DNA of 64,000 bases from Dimorphilus gyrociliatus (Eukaryota; Animalia; Annelida), in contig CAJFCJ010000020.1 in NCBI GenBank assembly GCA_904063045.1, positions 922,916 to 986,915 on the forward strand, given 5' to 3'. Shown here in pieces: positions 1 through 18,463 of the stretch. The notes beneath the pieces were generated by a model. That model searched no databases and was not told the origin of the DNA. It saw only the letters and a program-made list of their open reading frames with translations. The first letter of the stretch is position 1; every line of letters begins with the position of its first letter. The position numbers and the translations under genes were made by a program.

Positions 1-443
1 GAAATTCTCAGCGTTTATGCTTGCTCTATGGCAAAAAAAAAACCCTCTAATTCATTAAAAAGAGAGAAAATAATTCGTCTGTAATGTTGTTATTAAAAAG
101 AATTTATCTTTAGTTCATTCACCCAGGGCATCCAACTTGATTATATTTGCTATTATAAAGAAATCAAGAATAGCCCATTCACTTTGAACTTTTATAAAAT
201 GAGATGTTGTTGTTGTTTTTTATCGCTAAAAGAGTTTACTTTAGTATATTTTTTTTTCTAGAATAACAGCTTAAAGGCATAAAATATTGTTTATAATTCA
301 ATTTAACAGGATGATAGATGGTATAGAGATTTTTATAAATAACTAAATAAAGAATTTTATTTCTGTACAATTCATCAATAATCAACAAGATATAGTTAAC
401 TTTCTTTTTTTTCTTTTCATCCATCTATTCTTAATTATTGTAG

Positions 444-3400
444 AATGGTAAAAACATATTATTTTACAGGTAAAGTTGGGCTTATTAGATGTAAAGTAAA
501 AGGAAGCCCTCCCCCAAGTATAGTTTGGTTTAAAAATACTGCTAGCCTGAATACAGCGGGGAAAAAATATGCTGATACTCGTGATGGATTGCGCATCAAT
601 AACTTAGAGAGCCCGGAGGACGATGGTACCTATACACTTATGGCGTCTACAGATAGAGAGACGAAAACGAAAATTTTTCGTATTACTGTCTCTACTCAGC
701 CCAAAATTACTGAAGGTTTTCAAAACAATATGAAATTGGCACATAGGAAAAAGAAAACGTTCATGTGTAAAGCAGAATCAAGACCTGATGCTAAATATCT
801 CTTTTATAGGTTAGTAGTTGAATTTCAATTTTCATTGTACATCATACATTGTATATATTAATATAGAAAAAAATCCGAAATATTTGAACCGAATTTGGAT
901 CCAAACAAAATGAGACCTCTAGGCTCATCTGATGATTATGTTGTTGATGGAGACAAGGGCTTCATACAGTTTAATAGCCCTGTTTTTGAGGATACAGGTA
1001 CATATCTTTGTGTCGCGAAAAATCAAGCCGGATCTGATTCCTCGTACGGTTTCATAAGAGTGCACATGAGACCAGATTATGTTGAAGTAAGACAACCATC
1101 TAACGCCAGAGAAAACGCAAAAGCAGATTTCAGAGTTACGTTTAGAGCCTACCCATTTCCCGAAGTAATTTTTCAAAAAAGGCATAATCCAAGTGTGAAA
1201 TACGAGCTGGGTAAAAGCTATGAGAATGGTAGAATAAAGGTTGAGAAAACGGATGCAAGAACGGTTACTTTCAAACTGGACAAAGCTTCGTGGAAGGATT
1301 ATGGTAATTACTCAATTATACTGAGAAATGACGAAGGAAAGGTGGTAAAGAATGAAACTCTGAAAATAAGATTTCAGCCTCAAATGATCTCAAAAGATAC
1401 AGTGGTCTATGCGTGGGCTGGGGCTGTAAGAAATTTAACTTGCGAGGTTATATCCTATCCCGAACCGTCAATTTTCTGGTATAGAAAAGACAGGGACAAC
1501 GATAACAAACAAATAATGAGAAGATTAGAAAGTAACGAGACACTCGTCTTGTACCCTTTAGAAAAAAAGATTGGAGGTAGATATTTCAGAAATATTCAAG
1601 TTCGTGTAAGCATTCAGGTAGAAACTTGGGCATTCTACGATCGTTTCTATTGTGGGGCATCCAACAAACATGGGAAAGCTGTAAATTCTACCGTAAAATT
1701 AGAAAGAGCTGAAAAACCTGGACCGCCGAAGAATGTAAGAGAGTTGGAGGTTACACCGACGACTGTAACTCTAGCTGTCGATCCACCTGATTTTGATGGC
1801 CATATACCATTAACCGGTTACCGGGTTTCTTGGCACAATATGCATTTGGTTTTTAAATTACGTAAGTATTTAATTTTAGCATGAATTTCTTTCTGAAAAT
1901 TATATCTGATTCAAATAATTCATTTCGTTATAAGCTCGTGCTGAAGGTAAGGAGCATGGTTATATAATATCTTTAATGTAGCACGATACCTTCTCTCCTT
2001 TTTATTCTCTTCAGACATTGTCCTCCTTTGTCTATTGAGTAGAATATTTATTTTTTTTATCGAAAGAGAATCAACTTTCTTTATTTTATATTAGGAAATT
2101 CGTAGAGTATTTTTGAATGCATACTACTCTTATTCTTATGCAAATGAATTAAATACAAATACTAAATTACCAAGGGAATTTTAATGGATGAAAAGAAAGT
2201 TAATTTAAGATGAATTTGCTGTCCTCCTGAGTTTCAGCTAAATGTCATCGTTTTTTTTCCCTACCGCTTTCCCTTTAAAATTCCCATAGTTTCGTTTATT
2301 AAACATAAATATCATATATAATCATTTTATCTATTAATCAAACAGATCAAAAACTTTACATCGAAAATCTTAACCCCGCTACAACTTACACCTTCAAAAT
2401 TCAAGCTGTTAATCGTGTTGGCCCTGGAAATGATATTCAATTATCCATTCAAACGCATACTTCTTCTGCACCGAAACCAATCGTTATCCGAGGCGATAGG
2501 ATTAGTGTTGAACCGTACAGTTACGAAGCCAAATGGAAAAATCCGCAAACTGGAGGTTCGCCAATAACTTGGTATTACTTCCAATATAGAGCAGTGGAAA
2601 TGGATGATGAAAGTAAAAATGTCATAAGAGGCCGAACTAACTACAAGGAAAAGAAAGTTAAGGATAATAGATTAAGACCTATGACTTCTTATACGTAATA
2701 TGAAAAATAATTATTATTTGTCTCTATCACTATATAGCATGTTTGCTTTCCTTTCTTTTGATACAGACTCACCCACCTGCAAGAGAATACTTTCTATGAG
2801 TTAACGATTAAAGCTGAAAACAATATTGGTATTAGTAAGATCAGTGACGAATTCATCTTTCAAACAAGAACAGGTTAGCTATAAATTTTTCTCTCGTCTA
2901 TTCTTTTCTTTTTTCTAGGTCAGATATACATAATAAGAAAATAAATTAAATACTTTTATGTAACAAATACGATTAGTTAAAGATTTATTTTTATTTAAAA
3001 ATTATATGTATAGTACAATATTTATATAATTTCATTTTTTAATTTAATTAGTCCTATATGTATATCATTTAAGTGTAAATAGATATTTTTTTTTAAATTT
3101 TCTTATATTCTCCATTATTGTTAAATGATCTGTTTAAAAGATAGAAATTATCTTGAAATATATACTTTATTCTAGTATAAAGTATATACTGGTCTATATA
3201 AAAACATTCACACACATTCATATACATATATATATACATTATACATGTATTATATTCATATTTAAACTTTTAATAATCATTATCGTAAGATTAAAAAAAG
3301 TAAAACATATTTAAAATTGAATAAGCGAATAAAACTGCAAAGTTCATATAAATAATCTATCTTGAATAGAGTACAAATATAATTAAATAAAAAGCTGATA

Positions 3401-4875
3401 ATTGATGATACATATGGGATAGACAAGACCGAAAAAAAGGTGGAATATATGTATTAATACTAATATGTATATTTCTTACCCTCGTTTTATCGATTGTGGC
3501 TTTTTTTTTCCATTTTTTTTCTACAATCATTGAAATAAAAGAAGGAAAAAATCTCTCTTATTTTTTTTCCCTATATCCCGCTTCAAGTGATATTTTTATA
3601 TTTAAGAAAAAATAAACAAAAGAGAAGAGAAACTTTTGAGTTGAGTTTATAGAAAAATAAGCATTTTTTTATTATTTTAATCGATCGTTTTAAAAGTAGA
3701 AAGAAAATTTTCTTTCTCTTTTTATTTCTATAGCAGATTAATAAAACGTAAATGCGAATAATCATTTGAAATATTAGAAATATATAGTATAAGTATTATA
3801 AATAATACAAATTCAGTGCATTTCAAGCATTTTATATCTTTTATTTATTCAATTTGAATGAATTCTATTACTATTCTTTTTAGACGATGCTTTATAGAAT
3901 AAATTATAATTATTAAATTTATATATTTGAAGAAAATGAAAAGCCACGGAATGTTGTAATTCATTTCGCACGATTGTATTTTAGTTTATTTTTTTTTTCC
4001 TGGCATGAAAATAAAGAATAACGAAAATATCTTTTTTTTTTATTCTATATATATTATATTCATATTTCTTTTTAGTTTTGTTATATTTTTGGTGTTTTAT
4101 TGGTGATAAATATACTTTACTTTTACAGCAAAAGGCTACGTTGGATCCAATTCAAATAAGGCTACTTTACACTCAACCCTCATTCTCACTGCACTACTAC
4201 TCTTCATTTTTAGGGGAAATTTTTAACCATAAAACAAATATCTTGTACTTTTTTTTTTTTTATTTTTTTTTATTTTTTTTTTCCTTTTTCTGTTAAAAAA
4301 GCATGTTTTACTGAAAGAGAAAAAAAAAATACTGTTGGCTTTTTTCTTTTTTTTTTAAAAAAAAAAGTTGTTTATATTGTGCTTTTTATTGTCACATTCC
4401 AAGCTTTTAGCTTTATGGTTTATCTCTTTTTTTAATCCCAATACTCTTAGAGAAACTTAAACAGCTATTATATTATTATACAAGAATGAAATAATCAAAA
4501 ATATCAGTTGTCATTCTTTATATAAAATACTGTATATATTTTTAATATAATCGTTTTGTTTTTTTTTAACTTAGTCTTTTCATTTTGTCTTTTTATTGAT
4601 AAAATGAAAGGAAAAATCAAAAACAAAAAAGTCAACAAAATGGAGGAAAAATGAAAAAAAAAAAACAAAACAAAAATTCGGCAGAAAGTACTAAAAGCTC
4701 AAGAAAAAATTAAAATATCATTTGAACAATCATTTTAACCTTGTAGATTATTTTAAATATTAATAAGTTTTTCTTATTTTTAATAATTTTACTTCTTATA
4801 AATTATTTTATTAAACTTTCTCTTTATTGTTATGTGTGACATTAGGTGAAAAGTCTGTAGTATTCTATTTATTAT

Positions 4876-4922
<47 letters not shown>

Positions 4923-5989
4923 CATTTACAATTAACGAAATACATACTGTATATAAGGTATATATACATAATAACAAATTAGTCTTTGAGATATTTGTAA
5001 ACTGAGAAAGTAGAGGAACCTGCATATTTGTATTTATCCTTAAGAAAACGACAAACCTTTTAATGTAGTAAAAGTTAATATATTAATTGTTTGGAAAACC
5101 TTTTGTTAACTTGCTAAAAGTTGTTTCGGTCTCCTGTTGTGGATTGTTAACAGTCATTTAAACCTTTGAATACGTCATCGAGGGTAGTAGATAGAGTACG
5201 TGTACAATGATAGATGATCAGTTTTCAAAGACAATTTCCTAATATTAATGTTTTATTTAAAAAAGAAACGATTTTGTAATAATTTCCATAAGTGTCTGGT
5301 ACTATCTCATGATCATGTTTACATTTATTCAATACATATTTAGAAGGAAAAACATAGAAATTTTTAAAGATTTCTACTCTAATAAATATTTCGTTTAAAC
5401 GAAAAAAAATTCACCAAAAAGCAGGTTTAGTGTCTTTTTTTATTATTATTTTTAATTAACCTTTTATATTTTTTCATTTATATTATTTTTTGATGATTTT
5501 CTTCTGTTTAATTTATTAATATTTTCTTTGGTATACTTAAAAAATAACGATTATCCTTCTTCTTTAAAAGTAATCTGTTCTATATAATATGTAACTGTAT
5601 ACTGTGCAGGAGAGTTGAAATATTGATTAATTTTGTCTATTGCTTAACAATTGCCATTACTTTTTTAAACTAATTGTTTGATTATTTCTATTGATAATTT
5701 TTTATTTTATGTAAAAAAAACAGCTACCACCGAAGAGAGGAAGAGGTATGCAGCCGCTAATTCAAAGAGGATTGGCTCAGGAGGGGTAGCAGCTATAGCA
5801 TGCATCATTCTTCTTTTAGTAATTGTCGCTGTAGATGGCGCCTGCTACGTACTCAACGATTGCGGAATTACGAGGCTAATATGTGTTCATGCATGTGGAA
5901 AAACTCCAGCTGAAAATAGAGCTCGTAGACAAGATAATGTGGCTGCAAACTCGGAAGAACAAGAAAAATTAGCGACAGAACATGCATAA
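444..5989 (+). CDS. NCAM: NCAM/Fasciclin-2/apCAM-like Ig-FN3 adhesion molecule, 5'-partial. Exons 444-809, 867-1861, 2346-2694, 2767-2873, 5724-5989 (TM isoform)
   Basis: Ig domains (C...W...D.G.Y.C), two FN3 domains (IENLNPATTY; LQENTFYELTIKAENNIG) and an NCAM-type TM/juxtamembrane segment VIVAVDGACYVLNDCGITRLICVHACGK. All GT-AG junctions keep frame. Confidence 0.92.
1935..1946 (+). CDS. Candidate 12-nt symmetric micro-exon of the NCAM-like gene (L-P-R-A-E-D instead of L-H)
   Basis: ttcgttataAG|CTCGTGCTGAAG|GTAAGG inside a 484-nt intron; phase 1/1, frame-preserving, strong donor. Confidence 0.65.
4129..4226 (+). CDS. Alternative terminal exon encoding a GPI-anchor signal (AKGYVGSNSNKATLHSTLILTALLLFIFRGNF*)
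   Basis: Acceptor tactttacttttacAG at 4128; phase 1 matches the donor after 2873. Small residues S/N, polar spacer, hydrophobic tail, stop at 4224-4226. Confidence 0.8.
4879..4914. repeat. (AT)18 microsatellite
   Basis: Perfect dinucleotide run in the NCAM intron. Confidence 0.95.
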
Positions 5990-6876
5990 ACCCTGTTTAT
6001 TATTAACTCGGTTATGTAATACTAATAATATATATGTAAAAGGCTGTATATAAAGCTATTTTTGACAATTTAGTTTCTAATAGTGAATACGTGGATTTAG
6101 CTGTAGAAAGAACCCTTCTTCTTTTATGAGATTTGGCAGTGAGATAATTAAGTAAGACCAAGTTATTTTTGTTCGTGTCAGGTTTGAGCCAAAATTTTGA
6201 AAGAATTTGTTTTTATAAAATATTAACACTTCTCTAGAAGAGAAACTATTAATATTTACCTTCCGTTGGTGAGATGACAAGCACTTGCAAACTCAAACGG
6301 GAACAGAGAAAAGAAAATATGATAGAATGCCGACTGTAGCTTGTAAGCAGTAACATTCCACGTATTCAAGAAAATATACCTGGGACAGAAAGAAATGAAT
6401 AGATTCTATATACTTAAACCTATAAATATAAATATATATGTACTATATATATATATATATATATTTATACGTTTGCTTGTTTCTATGTATACAAGTACAT
6501 CTTTCCAAACAAACCACCATTCTGCACTGTATGTCTTTTGTTTATAATAAGTTTAATCTCAGGTCTTAATCTATTAAAACCATGTTATCAAAAAATAAGT
6601 TATGCAATATCCTTTTATGCTTATACTACATTCCCGTTCAGATGTTGTGAGCATTTTTTTTTGTGATTGAATGTAGCTATTTATAGTTGAAATTTCTGAA
6701 ATAAATTGCTAAACAATTGCTTTCTAAATAGAACAATTTTTGGGAAATCCAAGTTTTTTATACGAAAGCTGGTCTTTTTTTTATTAGGAAGGTCATATTA
6801 AGTCAGACTTTATGCCGTGAAAAACAGATATCGAATTATAATATGAAATTTTATCTGCATTGATTGATAATTGATT

Positions 6877-6908
6877 GTCACATGACAAATAGGAATTGAA
6901 TGACGTCA
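6877..6908. promoter_or_regulatory. M-box/CLEAR-like E-box (GTCACATGAC) plus full CRE (TGACGTCA)
   Basis: Motif matches only, 6877-6886 and 6901-6908. Confidence 0.35.
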
Positions 6909-7355
6909 GATTTTGCAATAATATAAATCCCTAGCGCTCTTCTCGTAAGTCAGATCATGTGTGCTATGTCATAGTTAGTGGATTTCCATCTATTGTCGCT
7001 CCCTTGTTCAGTCAATAAGGCCTTAATGTTTGACTTATAAATTTTCCGATATTATATAACTCAGGCATTTAGGCGAACTTGATTGCAACAATTGCTACTT
7101 TTGGAAGATCTTATTTTCAGTAGAGGTAAATATGCAAGTTATTTAATTGTAAAGGACGAAATAGTATTTTAGTCTATTCGGCTAAAAATAAAATAAAATA
7201 CTAATCTATTAGCTCTTAGAAGTTCTCAGTGGGTGTACACACCTGGTAAGATAGGAATTTTTTTGTCTAAATCTAATCAATCAACAAATAAATTGGTTTA
7301 AAAAGAAAAATTTATAGAAATTGTTATTAAAGCTTATAAATCTGATATATAAATT

Positions 7356-7386
<31 letters not shown>

Positions 7387-7889
7387 ACTGTATATACAGT
7401 ATATATACATCACTGTATAATCACGTGTATTTCTAAACATTTCTCTATGTATTAATATTTATATGAATAATAGTTTGTTATTTTTCATATTCAATAGTTT
7501 GCATATATTAATTTGAAATATTGTTTAAAAAAACTCTAAAATAATCTCTCCAACCGAGTATACTTTATTTAGAAACATTGTATACGATATATATATATGT
7601 ATATATAAATATATATTGTATAAATGGTGGTGTATTCAATACAATTCTTTTTTTTTATTATATTATCAGAAGCCACAGTATTTCGTCATTCACTCACACA
7701 ATCATACATTATTTCTTTTTCATATATAGTAAAATCCAATGATAAAGCAATAAACTGAATGATGAGATTAAAAATGCTGGTTCATCCTGAAAAAATAATT
7801 TTTTAGTGCTTTCAAATTTCATCAAAATGGCAAAAAAGTTATTATTTGTTATAAACAGCAGCTTTCATAAGCTTTTTTGTTTTTTTTTT

Positions 7890-13060
<5,171 letters not shown>

Positions 13061-13453
13061 GTTTTTTTCTCAATTTGAAATTTTAGACGGACGGACCTAA
13101 CTTGACGACTGTTCTCTAAACTGGTTGACAACGATCTGAAAATTACATGAATAATTAAAAATATCGTCAAGATAAGTGTTAATATAAAGTATATCATGGC
13201 AATGACCACGTTTCGACTACATAGGTAAAACTATGACAAATCAACGAAAATGCACATCAATAGCTCATAGGGTTCTTAAATAATCATTCTTCTATAGGTT
13301 TACTTACGGATTACGATGGTAAATTAGAAATAAAGGAACATTTTCAGAAATTTTTCTTGTTCTCTGTCTTCGACAGTAGTAAATAGTTTTATACAGAATT
13401 TATGGTCGGGGCAAGATAAAATGTAAAATGGTGATTGTCTATAGCTAACCATA

Positions 13454-13467
13454 GGCGGCCATTTTTG
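13454..13467. promoter_or_regulatory. YY1/Pho-like motif GGCGGCCATTTTTG in a probable bidirectional promoter
   Basis: GC-rich GCCATTTT match between the divergent CUL1 and LDLa-PY genes. Confidence 0.45.
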
Positions 13468-13879
13468 AATCCCTAAATATATCTGTCAAGTAATTCTCTC
13501 TATTAGTCAGCTCGAGTATTTAAATAAACGGGTTATGCGGGAAACGAATATTTTGCTTTATAATAAAATATTTAACTATTTTTTTTTGTCTAAAATAAGG
13601 AACTTTTTCAGTAAAAATTTTAAAAGTTTTGATGAAGAATGACGTTCATTGAAAGTTTTTCATTATATTTTTAATATTAATTGGAAATAATTTTTACTGA
13701 TGAGAAGATAATCATGAGGGTATATTGAACGATAAAAAGAGATGTTTTATTAACAAAAAGATGATCAACATCTTTTCGAAATTTATCTTAATATATCTCA
13801 CAACAAGTATGTTTTCATCTTCATCGTTACATATTATTTTAAAATATTACATTTATAAATAGATGTAGTACATTCAAAA

Positions 13880-15325
13880 ATGCCATTGAAATTTGAAATA
13901 AAAGATCCGCTGCTTCAATCTGTATTTAATATTCCTGCGTCAGCTTTTGTATGCTCTAGAAAAAAATCATGTAGCAGAGACGTACACATATTATATCAAG
14001 GGCGTAAAGCGTTTTTATGGCTCAATGTTAAGGTATTTTCACGGTCAATGCAACCTGTTACTTTTCAGGTATGTTTTTCTAAATGGCTTTTATCATATAG
14101 TTTAATCCTGTATTAAATATATTTTAGCTACAAGAATCCTCATCACCTTCCAAGGAAAATTTAACATGTAGATTCTACGACGAGGTAAATGTATTATCGG
14201 GATCTCGCCGTATACAATCCAGTCTGTCATTCAAGAAGAAGAAGCTATTCAAATCTATTGAGTTAACGCTAATGCCAGTAAATGGTTTGTATATAATATC
14301 TCTTTATCTTCTTTATGTATATAAGCATTTATATAAATTGTATATACTAATATATATATATATATATATATTTTAGATGTAAATTTCACAAAATCGACAA
14401 AGAAGATTATCTATTGTTTAAAAGCAATAAACGAAGCTTGTTACAATCATGATCTTTGTAAGTATCAGTGATAACAACTACTACGAATACGTAGTTTAAG
14501 AATTAAATTTTCTCAACTATTTAGCCAAATCGTCCCCTCGGTCAACTCAATGTCGAGACGGTGAAAGATATTGCAATAAGCTTTCGAAATGTACCGTAAC
14601 AGACGTTGACTGTAACGCTAATTGCAGTATTCTAAATAGCTTTATATGTGATTTAAATACAAGATGTCTGCACTCTATGTACCGTTGTGACGGTGTAGAT
14701 CAATGTGAAGATCACTCGGATGAGTTGGATTGTTGTAAGTAGTCATATTATAAATCTACCCAATTCTAACTTTTATTCTTTTCAAGTGCCGACTATCACT
14801 TACAAATGGTGGGTGTTTATTATTCCCTTGACGCTCTTTTCTATACTGGCTATAATTTGCTTGATGATGACGAGAAAAAGGACGCAAGAACTTTTAACAG
14901 TTGTTGCTGCAGCTCCTACAAATGATAACAGTAAGTTTTTACATTAATTTTTATTCTAGTAAGTCAATTTTAAAATTTCAAAACTTAAATTAGCCGTAAC
15001 AAGATCTGCTGAAGAGAATGATGATATGCAAGTTGAAAATAGACAAGACGAAGCACTAATAATGTCTCCACCGTCTTATAGCGAATTACCTGACAGGCAA
15101 ACAAATGCATCCCAAAACATGCATCTTTCAACTTCTATTATTCCACCCCTCCCTATTACTCCTCCTCCACCATACGAAAGCGTTGTAGGAGGAGCTACAG
15201 AAGTAAGACCTATTGTATATTTAAAGATGATATATTAACAAAATGTTAATTATTTGAAATTGCTTTAGAATCCACCACCGTACAATATTTCAAGGAGTAT
15301 TCAGCAAACCTCAGAAACTACGTGA
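13880..15325 (+). CDS. Single-pass membrane protein with LDLa domain and three cytoplasmic PPxY motifs (LDLRAD-like); true N-terminus unresolved
   Basis: Seven exons joined by short introns: CDLNTRCLHSMYRCDGVDQCEDHSDELDC (LDLa), TM WWVFIIPLTLFSILAIICLMM, then PPSY, PPPY, PPPY; stop at 15323-15325. Confidence 0.85.
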
Positions 15326-15502
15326 GAAAGTTTAGAAACTATTTTATTTGTCACACTGTTTACTTACATTCATTATTGATAAAACAAAGAAAAAAGCATG
15401 TCAAACAAGATTATACAATTTCTCTCTATATAATATTATTCATCTACTAATCTACTACTACTATGTTCTACTTTTAATATTTGATTTCTTTAAATTCTTT
15501 TG

Positions 15503-18017
15503 CTACACTTTGCAAAAGTTACAAGATTTTCTACAGTTCATTTTCATATATCTCATATATTTTCTTGTTTTACAATATCTTGGAGCCCATTTTGGGCAGT
15601 TTTTGTTATTGTCAGAGCAGTTCGATATCACTTTGGCTAAGAATATTAAAAAAAAGTTGACGTTATTTTAACCTTTGCTATTAGAAAAATATTCTGATTA
15701 CCTGAATCCGAGCAATTTGCCACTTTACAAGACAACTGACAATTTTTCAGCATATATTTCGGATTTTTTGAACATTCACCTTTCGTAGCCCATTTAGGAC
15801 AGTTTTCATTGGTATCTTGACATAGCTCAACTGTTGGATTAAAAAATAATCATTTAATAATTGACAATTGAACTATTGCAGAATTGTTTATATTTAATTC
15901 TTTTTCCTTTTCTTCTGCTTTTATATTTCTGTTTGCATGAGTATGGTGTACAGAAATGTTACTTGCTAATACTTCATTTAATATGAAACCATAGAATTAT
16001 CTTAGCATTTACTGCTTTACGTATTTCTTACTATATACAGTATAAAAAGCTTATTTATTACTTCAAAATTCGTTATTTTTATGACTTAAAAAGTGAACAT
16101 TGAGGCGCTATTTTAATTGAATGGTAATTGATTTGAATAAATAATTGACATAGGAATGAAATTTTCTTAATTCATTCAATTTGAAAGATCGATTAGGTTG
16201 TTTTATATCAAATTTGTTACTAAATAAGCTTCTTGATTAGTAACATTTCCTTTTCCCGAATTTTTCTGGAACTGTGGTGAGTTTACTTGAAGTAAGTGTT
16301 AAAATACTACTACTGACCTCATTTCGATATGTGCGATATAATATCAATCATCTTAGCAACTCACCTATCGATGAACTGCACATATTACAGGATTTTCTGC
16401 AATTCCGTAACATCCATACTGGATTCTTATCACATTCTTTTTTTGCAGCCCAGCTCTGGCAATGTTTGTGACTATCGCTACAATTTACTAGTTTGATAAC
16501 ATATAAATTGATTATTATTAATTATAAATGAATTTAGATATTTAGATTTTCTTACTAATTTTCCTATTACATGATTTACATGATAATTTGCAATTTTTCA
16601 ACATCCAATTAGGATTTTTACTGCATTCACCTTGAGCAGCCCAAAAGGAACAACTATGATGAAAATCCTCACATTTCTTTTTCTTTGGCTTCTCTGGTGA
16701 TTTGCAAATTTCTATAGGTTCTCCTGGACATACGCACTGACAATCTTTATTAACAAATCCTATTCCAGGACAGTCAGAGTCTTTTTTTTCACATCCCTTA
16801 CTGCAATTATACATTCTATGAAGTAATTTTATATCTAAGAAACTTAAAGTTGTTGATCTCCCCATTAAATGTTCCTTTGCTTTAAATTTTGCTTGTATGG
16901 TCTTTTTTCCATTTCTTGTAAATGCCTTTTTTCCAAAAACTCAAATATTATATAATAGTGCAATGTACTCAGCGTCTTACCGTAGCTCCATAGTGCATAA
17001 TTGAGGAATAATCATAAGGAATACCATGATAGTCGACACCGTTAGGTCTAACCTTTTCGAAATTACTTTTAGCAAAGGGAGCAACGTTCTAAAACGGAAT
17101 CAGTTTGTGTACATTTTAATTGACGTTGAAAGGTTTCTTCAAGGAAAAATTAGTTATCTTTACTTGAAAAAGCACTTGAACATATTTATCTCTATCAGGT
17201 CTGTTATGCTCGTGATATAGACCAAGAGCATGTCCGATTTCATGGATTACTATTGATTTCTAAAAAAGCATAAAAGGAAAAAGATGTAACAACTTTTTAA
17301 AAGAATTAATTAATTCAAAGAACGCAACTCTAGCACAAAGTTTTCCTAGATCAATGGTCTGACCACGCCAAACTCTTCCTATAGATGAACTACATCTGAA
17401 AGAGGATAAAGTGAACGAATTTCCTTAATAATATAGTATTTAAAAGACTTTACCCTCGGCCTCGTACAAATCGAATATGAAATTTTTCCCCATTATAAGA
17501 GTTACGGAACTTTATGCAAGTATATTTTTCATAGTCTTTTGTAGCAGCAATTATTTGTAAAAGTTCCTCATTTGCTGTAGCAGAATATGATATATGACAG
17601 ATTGTAAATGCAGTACCCTCTTCTTATCATTTACAGAATGCGTTTATGTCTACCGTAAAGGGCACAAGTCCTCCGGTCCAATAATTTCTTGCATCGGTAA
17701 TGGCTTTTCTTTTATTTCTGAAATTGAAAGGATGGATTATACTAAATTAAAACTTCAAATTTCTAGAAACTAACTGTGGTGTTTCATAAATAGCTTCCCA
17801 TTGTTCTTTGGTTAATCTCATATCAAGTTCAACTAATAACGTACCATTGTCTCCAAGAAATTCATTATCAGTACCTGAAGAATAGAAAGATTGTAATTTT
17901 TTACAAAAGAAAAACCTACTGTAAGTTTATACTATGAATTTGATTTAGGTCAAATATATTATCTATTGTCTGAGAATAAGACAAATGAAAGAAGCAAATA
18001 ATGATAAAGAATTTCAT
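15503..18017 (-). CDS. Secreted astacin metalloprotease with prodomain, Cys-rich/EGF-like linker and four ShK domains
   Basis: Signal [19 protein letters not shown] cleavage site, [19 protein letters not shown] (about 17243 downward), Met-turn SIMHY, four six-Cys ShK repeats; TAG at 15503-15505. Confidence 0.93.
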
Positions 18018-18463
18018 GTTTAGTAGATTATTCGTCTTTTCTATAGAACTGCAAAAATCAATTGTCAAAGATTACTCATTTTACTGCTTTTATTTAATAA
18101 AAAAATTGTCAAATAATTAACTTAATATCTTTTAATTTAGGATAATTATTAGTCAACAAAAGAATTTATCAATTGAAATAATTTGTCCTAATACGAGGTT
18201 ACGAATAAGGATATAATTCCTTCATAAATGGGATGAACTATTGTAAATATTTAGTGATTTCTTGTCCCCAAGAAATACTTATTATAGGAAAAACAGTGTA
18301 TTTATCTTTATTTCTTTACAATACAATACTTTTATCACTTCAAATTGAGGTTAACGCTCAATAGTTCCGATGTGTTGAACATGGACTAATAGAAATACAA
18401 TAAAAAATTATTAGACTATCCATTAAAATATAGAAAAAACATCAAAATAGTGTTTATATTCCG

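Noticed and set aside
2919-2943. Possible secreted-NCAM terminal exon (GQIYIIRK*)
   Set aside because: The implied 45-nt intron and short AT-rich peptide are indistinguishable from chance.
5829-5842. CTCF-like GCTGTAGATGGCGC
   Set aside because: 12/14 match inside the NCAM TM exon, explained by the codons for AVDGA.
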